Shown piece after piece: positions 30,805-40,747 of a stretch of DNA of 64,000 nt (position 1 is the stretch's first letter; every line of letters begins with the position of its first letter). The translations under genes were made by a program, and so were the position numbers. A model generated the notes under the pieces. It ran no database searches, was not told the DNA's origin, and saw only the letters and a program-made list of their open reading frames with translations. The stretch comes from Bacteriovoracia bacterium. Lineage in GTDB: Bacteria > Bdellovibrionota > UBA1018 > JBFWNL01. The stretch lies in assembly GCA_050251055.1 (NCBI GenBank), contig JBFWNL010000002.1, positions 32,001-96,000 on the forward strand, given 5' to 3'.

Positions 30805-32475
30805 TCACAACACGGTATCGCGGTGAAAGAACTGATCGTTCGTTTCCGGATAGTCGACCATGTAATGCAGGCCCCGACTCTCCTTCCGCAAAGCCGCGCA
30901 TTGCACGATGAGTTCGGCGACCAGCAAAAGATTTCGCAGCTCGATCAAATCCTTGGTCAGAAAAAAGTCCCAGTAGTACTCGTTCACTTCGGCCTTGAGC
31001 AGCTCTAGCCGGCGCTTCGCGCGCTCCAACCGGCGATTACTGCGAACGATTCCGACGTAGTTCCACATGAGGCTGCGGATCTCGAGCCAGATGGCCGCGA
31101 TGTCGATGCGCTCCTCGATTTGGACGGCGAGCCCCGTATCCCATTGCGGGATCGGCGCGGCTACGCGCGGCTGTGAGCTCCACTTTTCCAGCATCGAGCG
31201 CGCGTGCTCGATCGCCCGGTGGGAAAACACGACGGCTTCCAGCAACGAATTGCTGGCCAGGCGGTTCGCCCCGTGCAAACCCGTGCAGGCGACCTCTCCG
31301 ATGGCGTAGAGGCCCTCGATCGTAGTCTGGGCATGCTCGTCCACCAAAACGCCGCCGCAAGTATAGTGGGTCGCAGGCACCACCGGCACCATTTCCCGCG
31401 TAAAATCGATGCCGAATTTCAGGCACATTTCGTTGATATTCGGAAACTTCAGGCGCAGCTCGTGCGGATCGAGATGAGTGCAATCAAGCACGACATGCTT
31501 GTCGCCCGAGCGCTTCATCTCGACATCGATCGCGCGCGCCACGATATCGCGGGGAGCGAGTGAGCCCATGGGATGGTGGCGCTTCATGAAATCCTCGCCG
31601 GCCACCGTGCGTAATATCGCGCCTTCACCGCGCATGGCTTCCGTGATGAGAAAATTCTTGGCCGCCGGATGGTACAGGCACGTAGGGTGGAACTGCATGA
31701 ACTCGAGGTTCGCCACGCGCGCGCCCGCGCGATAAGCCATGGCGATACCGTCGCCCGTCGCGGTATCTGGATTCGAGGTATAGAGATAGACCTTCCCCGC
31801 CCCGCCGGTCGCAAGCAACGTAATATCCGAATCCACGACGACCACCTCGCCGGTCTGGGTATTGAGCACGTACGCGCCCAGGCAGCGCCCCGGCTTGCGC
31901 CACCGTTTGAACACCTTGCCTTCGGTGATGAGATCGACGGCGATATGGTGCTCGAGCACCCGGATATTCGGGCACTCCCCCACTCGCTTCAGCAAGGTCT
32001 CTTCGATCGCCAAGCCCGTCAGGTCATCGGCGTGCAGGATGCGGTGCTTGCCATGACCGCCTTCCCGGTGCAGGTCGAATCCGACCTCGGAGTCCGCGCG
32101 CTTGGCTTGCGGATTCGCCTTCGTGAAGGGCACGCCCCAGTCGATGAGTTCACGCACCCGCGCCGGCCCCTCGCGCACGCACAAATCCACAATATCCTCG
32201 TGACAAAGTCCGGCGCCGGCCACGAGCGTATCCTGCTTGTGCTCCTCGAAGCTATCTTGCTTGGAAAGCACGGTGGCAATACCGCCCTGGGCGTAGCGCG
32301 TGGCTCCCTCATCCGCCCGGTCTTTGGCCACGAGAGTCACTTGCTTCACCTGGGGAAGCGCGGCGAAGCGCAGAGCCGCGCTGAGGCCGGCGATGCCGGT
32401 GCCGAGGATCAAGACTTTGGCGGTGCCAGGGCCGGCGACGGTATCGGGCTGTCGATTTTTTGTCGCTTTATCCAT
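30805..32475 (-). CDS. nadB: L-aspartate oxidase
   Basis: GTGIAG, YAQGGIA, REGGH..RILH, EFMQFHPT, HYTCGG, LHGANRLASNSLLE. Confidence 0.95.
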   Translation of the reverse strand: MDKATKNRQPDTVAGPGTAKVLILGTGIAGLSAALRFAALPQVKQVTLVAKDRADEGATRYAQGGIATVLSKQDSFEEHKQDTLVAGAGLCHEDIVDLCVREGPARVRELIDWGVPFTKANPQAKRADSEVGFDLHREGGHGKHRILHADDLTGLAIEETLLKRVGECPNIRVLEHHIAVDLITEGKVFKRWRKPGRCLGAYVLNTQTGEVVVVDSDITLLATGGAGKVYLYTSNPDTATGDGIAMAYRAGARVANLEFMQFHPTCLYHPAAKNFLITEAMRGEGAILRTVAGEDFMKRHHPMGSLAPRDIVARAIDVEMKRSGDKHVVLDCTHLDPHELRLKFPNINEMCLKFGIDFTREMVPVVPATHYTCGGVLVDEHAQTTIEGLYAIGEVACTGLHGANRLASNSLLEAVVFSHRAIEHARSMLEKWSSQPRVAAPIPQWDTGLAVQIEERIDIAAIWLEIRSLMWNYVGIVRSNRRLERAKRRLELLKAEVNEYYWDFFLTKDLIELRNLLLVAELIVQCAALRKESRGLHYMVDYPETNDQFFHRDTVL

Positions 32476-32542
32476 TTCAAAATCCGCGTGCTACAATGGT
32501 GAAACGGGGGCCGGATGCCCCCGGAGTGAGTCGGTACATACC

Positions 32543-34390
32543 ATGGATTGGCGTCAGGCGGCATCTCGAATCTATTCCCTTACTTTACGCAAAGTCGGCG
32601 TGGCAGCGTTGCTGCTCACCTGCGCGGCCGTCGGTATCTTCCTCGTCGGCAAGCTCCTAATGAACGCCAAGCGCGAGGAAATCCTGGAGATTCGCCTAGG
32701 TTCGCTCGAAGTCCAGAACTCACTTGTGGAAGAGGAATTCTGGCGCGCCATCGAAAAGATCCGCGGCACCACGGTGAGCGTGCTGAACTACCTGGACCAG
32801 CGCCCGCGCGCGGAAGCTCAGGGTCCGGGCGCCACCCAACCCCAGCTCACTGGCGAACTGCTGCTCCACTGGGCCGAGCTTTCCATTAGCGCGAGCGAAG
32901 GCTTGGAAATCGGCCGAACTGCGCGCAACCCCCTACTTGCCACGCGCTTGCCCCAAACCCCGAAACTATCGCTCACCTCGCCCGCTCCGGCGGCGGACGT
33001 GTCCTTCGAGGAGTTCTACCTTTTTTCGCTCAAGAAAAAGCTCAGCTTGGAAATGGCGAGACGAAGCGGCGTTTCGCTCGTGCGCATCAAGCCCGACTTG
33101 GACGGCCATGTCGAATGGCTGGCGATCGGCTTTCTCGTGCCCGTCTCCCAGAGCAACATGGATTTGAAGTTCGTCGTCGCGCTCGTGGACCCAGCTCAAG
33201 GTTTTCCGTTTCTGGCTGATTACCAAAAGCGTAATCCCGGCATCCGCGCGTCGCTGGTCTCGAGCGACGGCGTCGTGCTCGCCCACTCCGAGGCCGAACG
33301 CAACGGCGCCGATGTAGGCACTCACCCTCTCTACTCGGACGGCATCCGCAAGCTCTTTGAGACCAACCAGGAAAAGGGACGCGGGGTTTTCGGCCGCGCG
33401 TTCACCGCGTTTGTACGTCCCAAGCGGCTACCCCTCTCAGTCGTACTCGAGGATTCCAACGGCCAAGATCTTTCCGAATTGGAACACCTCTCCACGCATG
33501 CCTGGCTGAAACTATTGCTGGGCACGCTCTTCGGCGTAGGCGCCTTCGCGGTCATAGGCGCCATCTGGCTGGCCTACCGTACTTCCAAAGCAAATCAAAC
33601 CATCCACCCGGCTCCATCTAGCGCGTCTTCTGCCACGCCTGGCGTCTCCTCAGAAATTCCGGTTTCCGAGCTGCCCGAGATGCCCGTGCGGCCCGAAGGA
33701 ATGGCTCGCCCCGCGGAAATCGAAGCGCTTCGGCGCGAACAGGCACGCCCCCAAGTTCGCCCCACGGCCAAGGCTCAGTCCAAGGCCGTCACGCCGCCCG
33801 TCCTGACCGACGAGCTGCCCGTGCTCACCCGCCGCGAGGCTCTGGAAGTGGTCGCGCGCTTCGAGCTCAACGCCCAGCATTTTTCCGATCCCCGGCTCAT
33901 CGCCGCGATGCTCGCGCAGTCGGCGTCCAGCCTAGCGAGTAGCCCCGTCCTCTACTTCCGCTTCAACGAACGCACGAAGCTGGCGATTCTCGAAAACGAC
34001 GCCGGATTTCCGGCCGGTGACGCGCCGGCGGCCATCGCTTTTCAAGTGGATCCCGAATCGGTCTCCCAGATCCAAAACTGCGTCGTACGCCGCAAGCTCG
34101 CCTCGCTTGCCCACTACGAGCCCGTCACGCGCATGCTGATGGAGCGTTTAGGGGTGGCCGTCTTCGAAGCTTGGGCGGTAACGACGCCCGGTCCCACGCC
34201 AGACGTGACCACGCCCGACGGCGCGACGATTCGCCTTCACGGAATATTGATCATTCTCCAGTCCGGCGTGCAGAGCTCGATCCATCGTGACGCGCTCGTG
34301 CACATGATGAGATCCGCCGGCGCGGCGTACGAACGAACCGCCGTCCCCCAAATCAAGGTAGCCTCCTCACGCACCATCCATGCTTCCTAA
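32543..34390 (+). CDS. Membrane sensor-like protein (TM-Cache-TM-linker-GAF-like)
   Basis: Two TM segments, Cache motif SLVSSDGVVLAH, Pro/Ser linker, GAF-like C-terminus; no output domain recognised. Confidence 0.6.
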   Translation: MDWRQAASRIYSLTLRKVGVAALLLTCAAVGIFLVGKLLMNAKREEILEIRLGSLEVQNSLVEEEFWRAIEKIRGTTVSVLNYLDQRPRAEAQGPGATQPQLTGELLLHWAELSISASEGLEIGRTARNPLLATRLPQTPKLSLTSPAPAADVSFEEFYLFSLKKKLSLEMARRSGVSLVRIKPDLDGHVEWLAIGFLVPVSQSNMDLKFVVALVDPAQGFPFLADYQKRNPGIRASLVSSDGVVLAHSEAERNGADVGTHPLYSDGIRKLFETNQEKGRGVFGRAFTAFVRPKRLPLSVVLEDSNGQDLSELEHLSTHAWLKLLLGTLFGVGAFAVIGAIWLAYRTSKANQTIHPAPSSASSATPGVSSEIPVSELPEMPVRPEGMARPAEIEALRREQARPQVRPTAKAQSKAVTPPVLTDELPVLTRREALEVVARFELNAQHFSDPRLIAAMLAQSASSLASSPVLYFRFNERTKLAILENDAGFPAGDAPAAIAFQVDPESVSQIQNCVVRRKLASLAHYEPVTRMLMERLGVAVFEAWAVTTPGPTPDVTTPDGATIRLHGILIILQSGVQSSIHRDALVHMMRSAGAAYERTAVPQIKVASSRTIHAS

Positions 34391-35531
34391 CGACATCGCT
34401 CACCCCCGGGTAGTGGCCAAGCTTAGCTCGCGGGGACTGCTGCGCAATTACCGTACGATTCTCCAGAGAGCACCGGGCCACGAGATCATCGCCATGGTAA
34501 AAGCCAACGGCTACGGACACGGTGATCAGTGGGTCGCCACCGAGCTGTTGCAGATGCCCAAGCTGCGCGGCTTTGGGGTAGCGACGTTAGAGGAAGGCGC
34601 GCAGATTCGCCGCGACCTCGGCGCCAAGGGGCAATCCACTGAAATCATCGTGTTCTCGGGCGCCACGCCTTGGACGGATGAAAAAGGCGCGTTTTGCCAA
34701 CGTTACGGTCTAACCCCCGTCATCGCCTCCGACGCGGATTGGGCGGCCTTCTACCGGCGCGGTTGGCCGACAAAAATTTCATACGAGCTGAAATTCAATA
34801 CCGGCATGAACCGCTTAGGCATCTCGCACGAGCTGGCACGTACGGTAGCCGCTCAGTTGGCGAAACAGTCTTCGAGCTGGCTACCCGCAGGCGTGCTCAC
34901 GCACTTGGCCGAGGGCGAAGCGCCGAACACTCGGCTGAGCCGCCGACAACGCGCGCTTTTTCAAGAGATCCGCGGCGACTTCCACGCTCGCTTCGGATCC
35001 GTGCGCTACCACATGGCCAACAGCGCGGCGATCTGGAACTTCAAGGCGTGGGGGCTCGAAGGGCTTACGCATTCCGTGCGGCCGGGACTGGCGCTGTACG
35101 GAATCGAACCGTGGGAAGGCGCCTCGCGGGCTGGCCTCGACCACGTCATGACCATCCACGCGCGAGTCGTGCACGTGCTCACCCTCCAGCCCGGGGACTA
35201 CATCGGCTACGGCGGCATCTACCAGGTGCCTAAAAAATCCAAACCCGTGCGCGCGGCCATCATCGCCGCCGGCTACGCCGACGGAATGCACCGGGAACTC
35301 GGCAACGCGGGTGAAGTCTGGGTCGGCGGCAAGCTCGAGCACTACCTCGGGCGCATCAGCATGGATCTGAGCGCGATCAGCTGCGGCCCGAAGGTCAAGG
35401 CCGGGGACTGGGTAGAAGTGCTCGGCCCCCACATTCTTCCCTGGAAACAGGCAAAAAAAGCCGGTACCGTGCCCTATGAGCTGCTGACGTCGGTATCGAA
35501 CCGGGTCGAGCGGCGCAACCATAGCGTTTAA
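34380..35531 (+). CDS. alr: Alanine racemase
   Basis: AMVKANGYGHG, NTGMNRLG, ANSAA, VRPGLALYG, GYADG, GRISMD, YELLT. Confidence 0.95.
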   Translation: MLPNDIAHPRVVAKLSSRGLLRNYRTILQRAPGHEIIAMVKANGYGHGDQWVATELLQMPKLRGFGVATLEEGAQIRRDLGAKGQSTEIIVFSGATPWTDEKGAFCQRYGLTPVIASDADWAAFYRRGWPTKISYELKFNTGMNRLGISHELARTVAAQLAKQSSSWLPAGVLTHLAEGEAPNTRLSRRQRALFQEIRGDFHARFGSVRYHMANSAAIWNFKAWGLEGLTHSVRPGLALYGIEPWEGASRAGLDHVMTIHARVVHVLTLQPGDYIGYGGIYQVPKKSKPVRAAIIAAGYADGMHRELGNAGEVWVGGKLEHYLGRISMDLSAISCGPKVKAGDWVEVLGPHILPWKQAKKAGTVPYELLTSVSNRVERRNHSV

Positions 35532-35543
35532 AAGCGGTTCACC

Positions 35544-36320
35544 ATGCCGGAAACCCAAAAGCCGCCCGCGATTCGGGTGGAAAATTTGCACAAAAGCTTC
35601 CGCCAAGGACGCGATAAAGTCCTCCAAGGCGTGACCCTTGATTTTCCCGAAGGTGAACTCACCTATATTTTGGGCCCCTCCGGCACGGGAAAGTCAGTGC
35701 TCATCAAGCACGTGTTAGGTTTGCTCAATCCCGACCAGGGCCGCGTTTTCGTCCACGGCAAGGACATGCGCCAACTCAAGGGCCGCGCGCTTGCCCACCA
35801 TCGCATGAAATTCGGCATGCTTTTTCAAAATTCCGCCCTCTTCGATGACATGACGGTGTACGAGAACGTCTCTTTCCCGTTACGCGAACACACGACGCTT
35901 CCCGAAGCGGAGATGAAAAAACGCGTGGAGAAGTCGCTCACTCTCCTGGGCATGCCTTCGGGTTACGACAAGTATCCGAACGAGCTCTCGGGCGGCATGC
36001 GCAAACGCGTCGGCCTCGCGCGAGCCATCATTCGCGAACCGTCGATCCTGCTTTATGATGAACCCACGACCGGCTTGGACCCGGTGACCCGGCTCACCGT
36101 CGACGAGCTGATCGAAAAATTAAAGCGCGAGCTCCACCTCACGTCGATCGTCATCAGCCACGACATCGCTTCCGCGCTCTTGCTCGCCGATAACATCGCT
36201 TTCTTGTTCCAAGGCAAGGTCGTTTTCTTCGGCAAGCCGTCCGAGTTCAAGCGTAGCACTCACGCCGCGATCCGCGAGTTCCTAGATGCGGAGCGTCGCA
36301 CCGTGACGGCTTTCTCCTAA
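35544..36320 (+). CDS. ABC transporter ATP-binding protein, MlaF/Mkl family
   Basis: GPSGTGKS, GMLFQNSALFD, LSGGMRKRVGLARA, LYDEPTTGLDP. Confidence 0.88.
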   Translation: MPETQKPPAIRVENLHKSFRQGRDKVLQGVTLDFPEGELTYILGPSGTGKSVLIKHVLGLLNPDQGRVFVHGKDMRQLKGRALAHHRMKFGMLFQNSALFDDMTVYENVSFPLREHTTLPEAEMKKRVEKSLTLLGMPSGYDKYPNELSGGMRKRVGLARAIIREPSILLYDEPTTGLDPVTRLTVDELIEKLKRELHLTSIVISHDIASALLLADNIAFLFQGKVVFFGKPSEFKRSTHAAIREFLDAERRTVTAFS

Positions 36321-36361
36321 GCCTATCCTAAAGGTAATAAGCTTGTTACACTTTCCCCAAT

Positions 36362-36994
36362 ATGGATCAGTGGTTGGTTCGTACGGCCAAAAATAAGGTG
36401 ACCGGCCCCTTTACCGGGGATCAGGTGCGCCAGTTCATCCGAGAGAAAGCGCTCGGCCCATGGGACGAGGTTTGCTGCGCAAACCGCTACTGGTTTTTCG
36501 TGCGCGAAGCGGCTGAAGTGCGCGAACAGCTCGGCATTCTTCCACCCGTGTTTTCCTCGGCCGACGAGGAGATTACCCAGACGGAGACGATTACCCGCAC
36601 CGACGCCTCGAGTGCCCGCGCCGCGCCCGCCGTGGAGAAATCTTCCCTGCTAAAAGAAAAAGAGTCTGCCGCGACCGGAACCCCCGGCGGCCCGACTAGC
36701 GACGACCAACCCATCCCGGATCTACCGGCCGAAGCGCTCACCGACGGGGACACGGCGATGATTCAAAATCAGGCTTTGCGAAGGTTCCAACCCAAAGCCC
36801 CCACCAGCGCGGATGTCGGCAATCCCACGCTAGAGCCCGTCCAAACGCCACGACCGAAGGCTTTCAAAATCCACGTGCCGCTGACCGTGGGTCAGATCGA
36901 ACGCCAGTCCATCTGGCGCGGGATCGCTTGGGCATTGGTGATCCTCACGGTTTTTTTGGGAATCGTGCTTTTCCAGGTCCTGCAGACGCATTAG
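36362..36994 (+). CDS. GYF_2-like domain protein with C-terminal TM anchor
   Basis: WLVR...GPFTGDQV...DEVC N-terminal domain, disordered linker, C-terminal hydrophobic helix. Confidence 0.65.
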   Translation: MDQWLVRTAKNKVTGPFTGDQVRQFIREKALGPWDEVCCANRYWFFVREAAEVREQLGILPPVFSSADEEITQTETITRTDASSARAAPAVEKSSLLKEKESAATGTPGGPTSDDQPIPDLPAEALTDGDTAMIQNQALRRFQPKAPTSADVGNPTLEPVQTPRPKAFKIHVPLTVGQIERQSIWRGIAWALVILTVFLGIVLFQVLQTH

Positions 36995-37403
36995 GCGAGC
37001 GCGGGTCAACCCACCAAATGTCGGTGAAAATGGGCGGGGTTTCCGTCGGAGATTTGGGCGCCGTCGGCAGTAGGGCCTTGGATTTTTTTTTCTGACCCCG
37101 GCGGGGAGGTTCATCGCCGATTTTTTCCTCGGGGACTTCCTCGGTCGGCTCGACGGGTAAGCGATTCAACATTTCCAGGATCTGCGCCTTGCGATGGTGT
37201 AGCTCCGACCGCCAGATCGGATGGTCCACCTCAACCCAAAGCACCCCATTCTTCACGCTCACCGCGCGCGAATGCTTGGCGATCTGGGGTCCCACCGCCT
37301 CCTCCCAACGCGCTAGGGCTTTCGCCTCATCCATGCGCTGGGAAAACTGCGGGTGCTTCCGACGCGCAAGCTCCAGAATGTCTTTTAAACGGTCAAATCC
37401 CAT
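36945..37403 (-). CDS. dciA: DciA (DUF721) replicative helicase-operating protein
   Basis: WEEAVGPQIAKHSRAVSVKNGVLWVEVDHPIWRSEL. Confidence 0.8.
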   Translation of the reverse strand: MGFDRLKDILELARRKHPQFSQRMDEAKALARWEEAVGPQIAKHSRAVSVKNGVLWVEVDHPIWRSELHHRKAQILEMLNRLPVEPTEEVPEEKIGDEPPRRGQKKKSKALLPTAPKSPTETPPIFTDIWWVDPRSPNASAGPGKARFPKKP

Positions 37404-37550
37404 GTTCTATCTCACCGACCCCCACTCTTTCTCACGCCCCCTAGAAACGCGCAAATAGAAGGCCTATGGTTTAGCGCATCGCGTTAGACACTGGATCTTC
37501 CTCAGGTTGGAAACTCATCGGGTTCTCTGTTATGCCTCTGAAAGACCCCT

Positions 37551-40124
37551 ATGAGCGAAAATACGAACGACCGCAGCGACCAAACAGCCCCCTCCGCCCA
37601 CCCCACGAATGCCTACGATTCCGAGCGGATCGAAACGAAATGGCAGGACCGCTGGGAACTGGAGCACGTCTGGAACGCGGACGAGAAACCGGGCCAGAAA
37701 AAATACTACGTCCTCTCCATGTTTCCCTACCCGTCGGGAAGGCTGCACATGGGACACGTCCGCAACTACACTATCGGCGACGTGATCGTGCGCTTTCGTA
37801 AAGCCCAGGGCTACAACGTGCTCTCGCCCATGGGCTGGGACGCGTTCGGCTTGCCCGCCGAAAACGCGGCGATCAAGCACAAGCTCCACCCCCAGAAGTG
37901 GACGCTCGACAACGTCGAGACGATGAAAAAACAACTGAAACGCGTGGGCTTCGGCTACGACTGGCGCCGAGAAGTCACGACCTGCCTCCCTGAATACTAC
38001 CGCTGGGAGCAGTTGATCTTCACCGAGATGTTCAATCGCGGCTTGGCTTATAAGAAAGCCTCGACCGTGAACTGGTGCCCGAGCTGCGCCACCGTGCTCG
38101 CGAACGAGCAGGTGGAAGACGGCCGCTGCTGGCGCTGCGAATCGGAAACGACGACGAAAGAGCTGGAACAGTGGTTTTTGAAGACCACCCAATATGCCCA
38201 GGAGCTTTTAGACGATCTCGATCGCCTGCCGGGTTGGCCCGATCGCATCCGCTCTATGCAGCGCCATTGGATCGGACGCAGCGAAGGGGCGGAGATCCGT
38301 TTTCAGCTCGAAAACGGCAAGCATTTGGACGTGTTCACCACTCGCCCCGACACCCTCTTTGGCGTGACGTACATGGCGATTGCGCCCGAGCATCCGTTAA
38401 CGCTGGAGCTGTGCCGAGGGAAGCCCACGGAAAAGGACGTGCGTGCGTTCGTCGACAAGTGCCGCAAGCAGGATAAGGTCGCCCGAACCGCCGAAGACGC
38501 CGAAAAAGAAGGCGTCTTTACGGGAGGCTATGCCCTCCACCCGCTCACCGGGGCCAAGGTTCCCGTTTTCGTCGCCAACTTCGTACTCATGGACTACGGA
38601 ACGGGAGCCCTGATGGCCGTGCCCGCGCACGACGCCCGCGACCACGCGTTCGCAAAAAAATACCGGCTCGAGATCAAGGAAGTGGTCAAGCCTTCCGCCG
38701 CCCAAGGCGGCCCGCTAAAAGACGTTAAACCCGTGTCCGAAGCTCCATTTACCGAGCCCGGAGTGATGATAAATAGCGGTGCGTTCGACGGGATGGACTC
38801 CGAAAGGGGCAAGACCGCCGTCATCGCCGAGCTCACGAAAAAGAATGCCGGCAAGCAAGCCGTCAACTTCAAGATGCGCGACTGGGGCCTTTCCCGCCAG
38901 CGCTACTGGGGCGCGCCCATCCCCATCATTTACTGCGCCCAGTGCGGTACCCTGCCCGTGCCGAAGGAGCAGCTGCCGGTCGTGTTGCCGGTGGACGTCG
39001 ACTTCACGGGCGAAGGCGTCTCTCCGCTCGCCAAGCACCCCGACTTCCTGAAAACCAAATGCCCGAAGTGCGGCTCCGGCGACGCCCGCCGCGAGACCGA
39101 CACCATGGACACGTTCATGGAGTCTTCTTGGTACTATCTGCGCTACACCTCACCGGGCTACGATGCGGGCCCATTCAAGCCGGAGAATGCGGCGTACTGG
39201 CTGCAGGTCGATCAATACATCGGCGGCGTGGAGCACGCGACCATGCACCTGCTCTATTTTCGCTTCTTCCACAAAGTGTTGCGCGACATGGGCTACCTGC
39301 CCAAGAACATGCCGAAGGACGCGCTGGATGAACCGGTGGCGAACCTCTTCAATCAGGGCATCGTGTATAAAGATGGCGCCAAGATGTCCAAATCCAAAGG
39401 CAACGTAGTCGAACCCGACGCCATCATTAAAGAGTACGGTGCCGACACCGCGCGCCTGTTTTCCATGTTCGCCGCCCCCCCGGAAAAAGTGCTCGAGTGG
39501 TCGGAAGCCGGCGTGGAGGGTTCCTTCCGTTTTCTAAACCGTATCTGGCGCCTGGTGGAAAAGCATGAGTCCATCCTAAAGATTGCGCCCTACGCGAGTA
39601 AGCACGCCGAGCTCAAGATCGACGCTTCGAAAGCCCTGCGCGCGAAAACGCACCAAACCATCCAGAAGGTCACCCAGGACTTCGATCACGGCTATCACTT
39701 CAATACCGCCATCGCCGCGATCATGGAGCTGGTGAACGAGATCTATCTGTACCCCGTCCAATTCGGCGTCGACGAGAGCCGCGCCGTCCTCCGGGAGTCG
39801 ATCGAAACCGTGCTGCGGCTCTTGCACCCGTTCGCCCCGCACGTGACCGAAGAACTATGGGAACGCTTGGGCGGCGCCCAGATGCTTGCGGGCATGCCCT
39901 TGCCGACGGAAGACCCCGAAGCCATCAAGAAGGACGTGGTCACCGTCGTAGTTCAGGTCAACGGCAAACTACGGGGAGATGTCGCCGTGGGCGTTCAGCT
40001 TGAGCAGGAAAAAGTCGTGGCGCTGGCCAAGGAACACCCGAAGGTCTCGGGACATCTCGAGGGCAAGGCGATCGTGAAGACCATCTTCGTGCCGGGCAAA
40101 CTAGTGAACTTCGTCGTCAAATGA
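37551..40124 (+). CDS. leuS: Leucine--tRNA ligase
   Basis: MFPYPSGRLHMGH, DWGLSRQRYWG, KMSKSKGN, VQVNGKLR. Confidence 0.97.
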   Translation: MSENTNDRSDQTAPSAHPTNAYDSERIETKWQDRWELEHVWNADEKPGQKKYYVLSMFPYPSGRLHMGHVRNYTIGDVIVRFRKAQGYNVLSPMGWDAFGLPAENAAIKHKLHPQKWTLDNVETMKKQLKRVGFGYDWRREVTTCLPEYYRWEQLIFTEMFNRGLAYKKASTVNWCPSCATVLANEQVEDGRCWRCESETTTKELEQWFLKTTQYAQELLDDLDRLPGWPDRIRSMQRHWIGRSEGAEIRFQLENGKHLDVFTTRPDTLFGVTYMAIAPEHPLTLELCRGKPTEKDVRAFVDKCRKQDKVARTAEDAEKEGVFTGGYALHPLTGAKVPVFVANFVLMDYGTGALMAVPAHDARDHAFAKKYRLEIKEVVKPSAAQGGPLKDVKPVSEAPFTEPGVMINSGAFDGMDSERGKTAVIAELTKKNAGKQAVNFKMRDWGLSRQRYWGAPIPIIYCAQCGTLPVPKEQLPVVLPVDVDFTGEGVSPLAKHPDFLKTKCPKCGSGDARRETDTMDTFMESSWYYLRYTSPGYDAGPFKPENAAYWLQVDQYIGGVEHATMHLLYFRFFHKVLRDMGYLPKNMPKDALDEPVANLFNQGIVYKDGAKMSKSKGNVVEPDAIIKEYGADTARLFSMFAAPPEKVLEWSEAGVEGSFRFLNRIWRLVEKHESILKIAPYASKHAELKIDASKALRAKTHQTIQKVTQDFDHGYHFNTAIAAIMELVNEIYLYPVQFGVDESRAVLRESIETVLRLLHPFAPHVTEELWERLGGAQMLAGMPLPTEDPEAIKKDVVTVVVQVNGKLRGDVAVGVQLEQEKVVALAKEHPKVSGHLEGKAIVKTIFVPGKLVNFVVK

Positions 40125-40735
40125 CCCGCTTACGCATACCCCACTCCTTCGCATTCAGCGTGCTGGTCGCGGCACTGGGCATAACCACGGCGTGTGGTTA
40201 CACCATGCAAACTTCTTCAAACCCGGTGCTGGCCTCGCGTGGGGTAAAAAAGGTCTACATCCAACCGATCCGTAACGAAACCTACAAAGCGGGCGTCGAG
40301 AACGTGCTTTACAACGCCGTTCTGAAGCGTATTTCCACGCATGCCCAAGTAAAGATCGTGCATAACCGTGAGGATGCCGACGCAATCCTAACCGGCATCG
40401 TCGAAGCGGCGGCTTACAACGCGGCCGCCGGTACGAACGTTCGTAACCTTCCCGGCGCGAGTCCGACCTTCCAAGCCCAGCCCGTGCCCATCGACGTGGC
40501 CAGCGTGTACGGCGCCAACCTGGCCTGCACCTTCGCACTTTCGCGCACGAAGAACGACGAACGCCTCTGGGGATCTGGTTTTTCCCGAAGCCGTACCTTT
40601 CCCGCCAACAACCAGCTCGGCGTGTTGGGAACGACGTCCGCCCTGATCAACGACAGCGAGTTCGATCGTGCCATCAGCGAGCTGGCCGACGAGATCGCGG
40701 GCGACGTGCACGAATCCATGTTTTCGATGTTTTAA
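40121..40735 (+). CDS. lptE: LPS assembly lipoprotein LptE
   Basis: Lipobox TACGY; canonical leuS-lptE-holA gene order. Confidence 0.82.
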   Translation: MTRLRIPHSFAFSVLVAALGITTACGYTMQTSSNPVLASRGVKKVYIQPIRNETYKAGVENVLYNAVLKRISTHAQVKIVHNREDADAILTGIVEAAAYNAAAGTNVRNLPGASPTFQAQPVPIDVASVYGANLACTFALSRTKNDERLWGSGFSRSRTFPANNQLGVLGTTSALINDSEFDRAISELADEIAGDVHESMFSMF

Positions 40736-40747
40736 AGGAGTAGGGCC

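Noticed and set aside
32300-32542. Long N-terminal extensions in the ORF track (also 7758..8435, 23494..24762, 58197, 59579)
   Set aside because: They overlap neighbouring genes; downstream starts with an RBS, signal peptide or ATGA coupling fit better.
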